In this document: positions 62,622 to 64,000 of the stretch, piece by piece
Position numbering within the stretch: position 1 is the first letter of the stretch
Layout: every line of letters begins with the position of its first letter
From: Candidatus Latescibacterota bacterium
Lineage (GTDB): Bacteria; Latescibacterota; UBA2968; GCA-2709665
Direction: 5' to 3'
DNA: 64,000 nt
Assembly: GCA_965237675.1 (NCBI GenBank)
Contig: OZ250150.1
Coordinates: forward strand, 576,001-640,000
Program-made: the position numbers and the translations under genes
Notes under the pieces: model-generated
Seen by the model: the letters and a program-made list of their open reading frames with translations, nothing else
Told to the model about the DNA's origin: nothing
Database searches by the model: none

Positions 62622-62912
62622 CTATTCAAGAATACCCAGAATGTCGTCTTCGGAAGTAATCAACAGTTCATCTCCACCCACTTCCACGTCTGTTCCTGCA
62701 TATTGGCCAATCAAGACACGGTTGCCCACAGTTACCGAAACCGGTATCGGTTCGCCGGTTTTGTTGTTGACTTTGCCCGGCCCGACCGCAACGACCTCGG
62801 CTTCGAGTGGTTTTTCTTTGGCCGTATCTGGAATAATAATGCCGCCATGAACCTGTTCATCGGCTTCAATCCGCCGGAGAAGTACCCGGTCGGCCAGAGG
62901 CTTCACCATCAT
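62622..62912 (-). CDS. groS: Co-chaperonin GroES
   Basis: KPLADRV, GGIIIPDTAKEKP, VAVGPG. Confidence 0.97.
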   Translation of the reverse strand: MMVKPLADRVLLRRIEADEQVHGGIIIPDTAKEKPLEAEVVAVGPGKVNNKTGEPIPVSVTVGNRVLIGQYAGTDVEVGGDELLITSEDDILGILE

Positions 62913-62977
62913 AAATCCTCCTTCTCAAGAATGGAGTTTATGTTAACCCGTTAATTTATAGATGTTTTTTTCGGGTA

Positions 62978-63004
62978 TTAGCACTCAAGGCGATCGAGTG
63001 CTAA
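62978..63004. promoter_or_regulatory. CIRCE element (HrcA operator)
   Basis: Perfect TTAGCACTC-N9-GAGTGCTAA upstream of groES. Confidence 0.97.
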
Positions 63005-63135
63005 TAGCACAAATATACACGCTTTGATTTCGTGGCGCAAGGACAAATTCCCGAACGAAGAAAGCGCATTACGAATGATAATGCGCTTCGGTCGAATTAC
63101 GCGGTATCGTCTTATGTATGTCCGCGATGCTCGGG

Positions 63136-63612
63136 CTATTGTATCGAATGCTTCAGCAGTTGTTTCTTCCGCGCGATCCGTTTCTCCAGGTGTTCTATTT
63201 CGGCCTCCAACAGTTCGGGACGATCCAGATCGTCGGCCTCTTCAGGCGGCGGTGGCTGTTCCGACGGAAGGGCGGCATCCGCCCAGTCATCGTACCCACC
63301 AGCCATCGAAATCACCCGCTCATAACCCAATTCTTTCAGAGATTCCGCAGCCAGCAGAGATCGTACCCCGCCAGCGCAGTAGACCACCACTTCCCGGGAC
63401 TTGTCGGGAATCCTGGATTCAGCCTCCGCTTCAAGGCGCCCCCGGGGAATGTGAAGGGCCCCCTGCAAATGTCCCGCCTCCCATTCTTCAAGGGCGCGCA
63501 CATCCAACAGGACCGGGCTTTCGCCGCTATTCAGATGGCTGTGCACCTCCTGTACGTTCATCTCCGGAATCTCCCTGCGGGCTTCACTCAACAGGTCATC
63601 TCGGGATTTCAT
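63136..63612 (-). CDS. Rhodanese-like domain protein with C-terminal coiled coil
   Basis: LLDVR...GHLQGA, YCAGGVRS, MAGGYDDW. Confidence 0.88.
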   Translation of the reverse strand: MKSRDDLLSEARREIPEMNVQEVHSHLNSGESPVLLDVRALEEWEAGHLQGALHIPRGRLEAEAESRIPDKSREVVVYCAGGVRSLLAAESLKELGYERVISMAGGYDDWADAALPSEQPPPPEEADDLDRPELLEAEIEHLEKRIARKKQLLKHSIQ

Positions 63613-63685
63613 CGCTTCTGAGCTCCTTTGTGTCGTTTCGGAAGGGTTTCGTATCGGACTGAAATGACTCGGCTGCAGTGGTTCT

Positions 63686-64000
63686 TCACGCCGGCACCCG
63701 ACCCGCCTGACCATGACATTTTTTGTATTTTTTTCCGCTTCCACACGGACACGGATTGTTTCTGCCCACCTTCTGCACCCGAATCGGACGCTGCCTCGCC
63801 GGCCCGCCTTCCGGGGCGCTGGTGACGGTATCCGCTGTCGGCGACGCGTCAACTCCCGGGGCAAATCCCATACCTGTTGCATCCTGATGCATCAGGGAGA
63901 CCTGTTGTGGTTGGCGGCCTCTGGGCCTTGTCAATTCCTCTTCAACGGGGATGCGAAACAGGGTTTTCAGTGTTTCGCGGTTGATCTCCTCGAGGAGATC
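63686..64000 (-). CDS. secA: Preprotein translocase SecA, 3' end (partial)
   Basis: [15 protein letters not shown]...[21 protein letters not shown] (SEC-C motif); open to the window end. Confidence 0.88.
   Translation of the reverse strand, partial: DLLEEINRETLKTLFRIPVEEELTRPRGRQPQQVSLMHQDATGMGFAPGVDASPTADTVTSAPEGGPARQRPIRVQKVGRNNPCPCGSGKKYKKCHGQAGRVPA

Noticed and set aside
63613-63882. N-terminal extension of the rhodanese ORF
   Set aside because: It overlaps the secA 3' end; the domain begins at ATG 63612.

Overview
A GC-rich bacterial chromosome segment with no rRNA, tRNA, CRISPR array or reverse transcriptase visible. The dockerin-like EF-hand tags, the LRR, ankyrin and FG-GAP proteins and the many sugar-catabolic oxidoreductases suggest a Latescibacterota-like, possibly host-associated lineage; this is an inference. 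Positions 1-10.8 kb carry catabolic genes: a hydrolase, Gfo/Idh/MocA oxidoreductases, a nitrilase, a class III aminotransferase and E1 alpha/beta. Positions 10.8-36.4 kb are an accessory, insertion-scarred region with a REP-containing tandem array, an LRR/FG-GAP protein, a MITE and a DUF772-type IS stacked at one AACT target, a full and a partial IS256, a helicase IV, an ankyrin protein, gene remnants and two identical IS1380 copies. Those IS1380 copies knock out an AT-rich three-gene module (TIGR04255-like protein, unknown protein, small ART-like protein), which is the best candidate for an undescribed toxin/defence system. Positions 36.9-64 kb hold a CxxC/RAPP upstream ORF ahead of a lipoprotein and TonB receptor, vapBC, housekeeping genes (queD, hinT, yidD, lgt, AICAR transformylase, acs, queC, CIRCE-groES-groEL, the secA 3' end) and an ECF sigma/anti-sigma operon whose HtrA-like protein has lost its catalytic triad. 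Four genes are split by 1-2 bp shifts at homopolymers, which may be assembly errors. All family assignments come from motif recognition by eye, not database searches.
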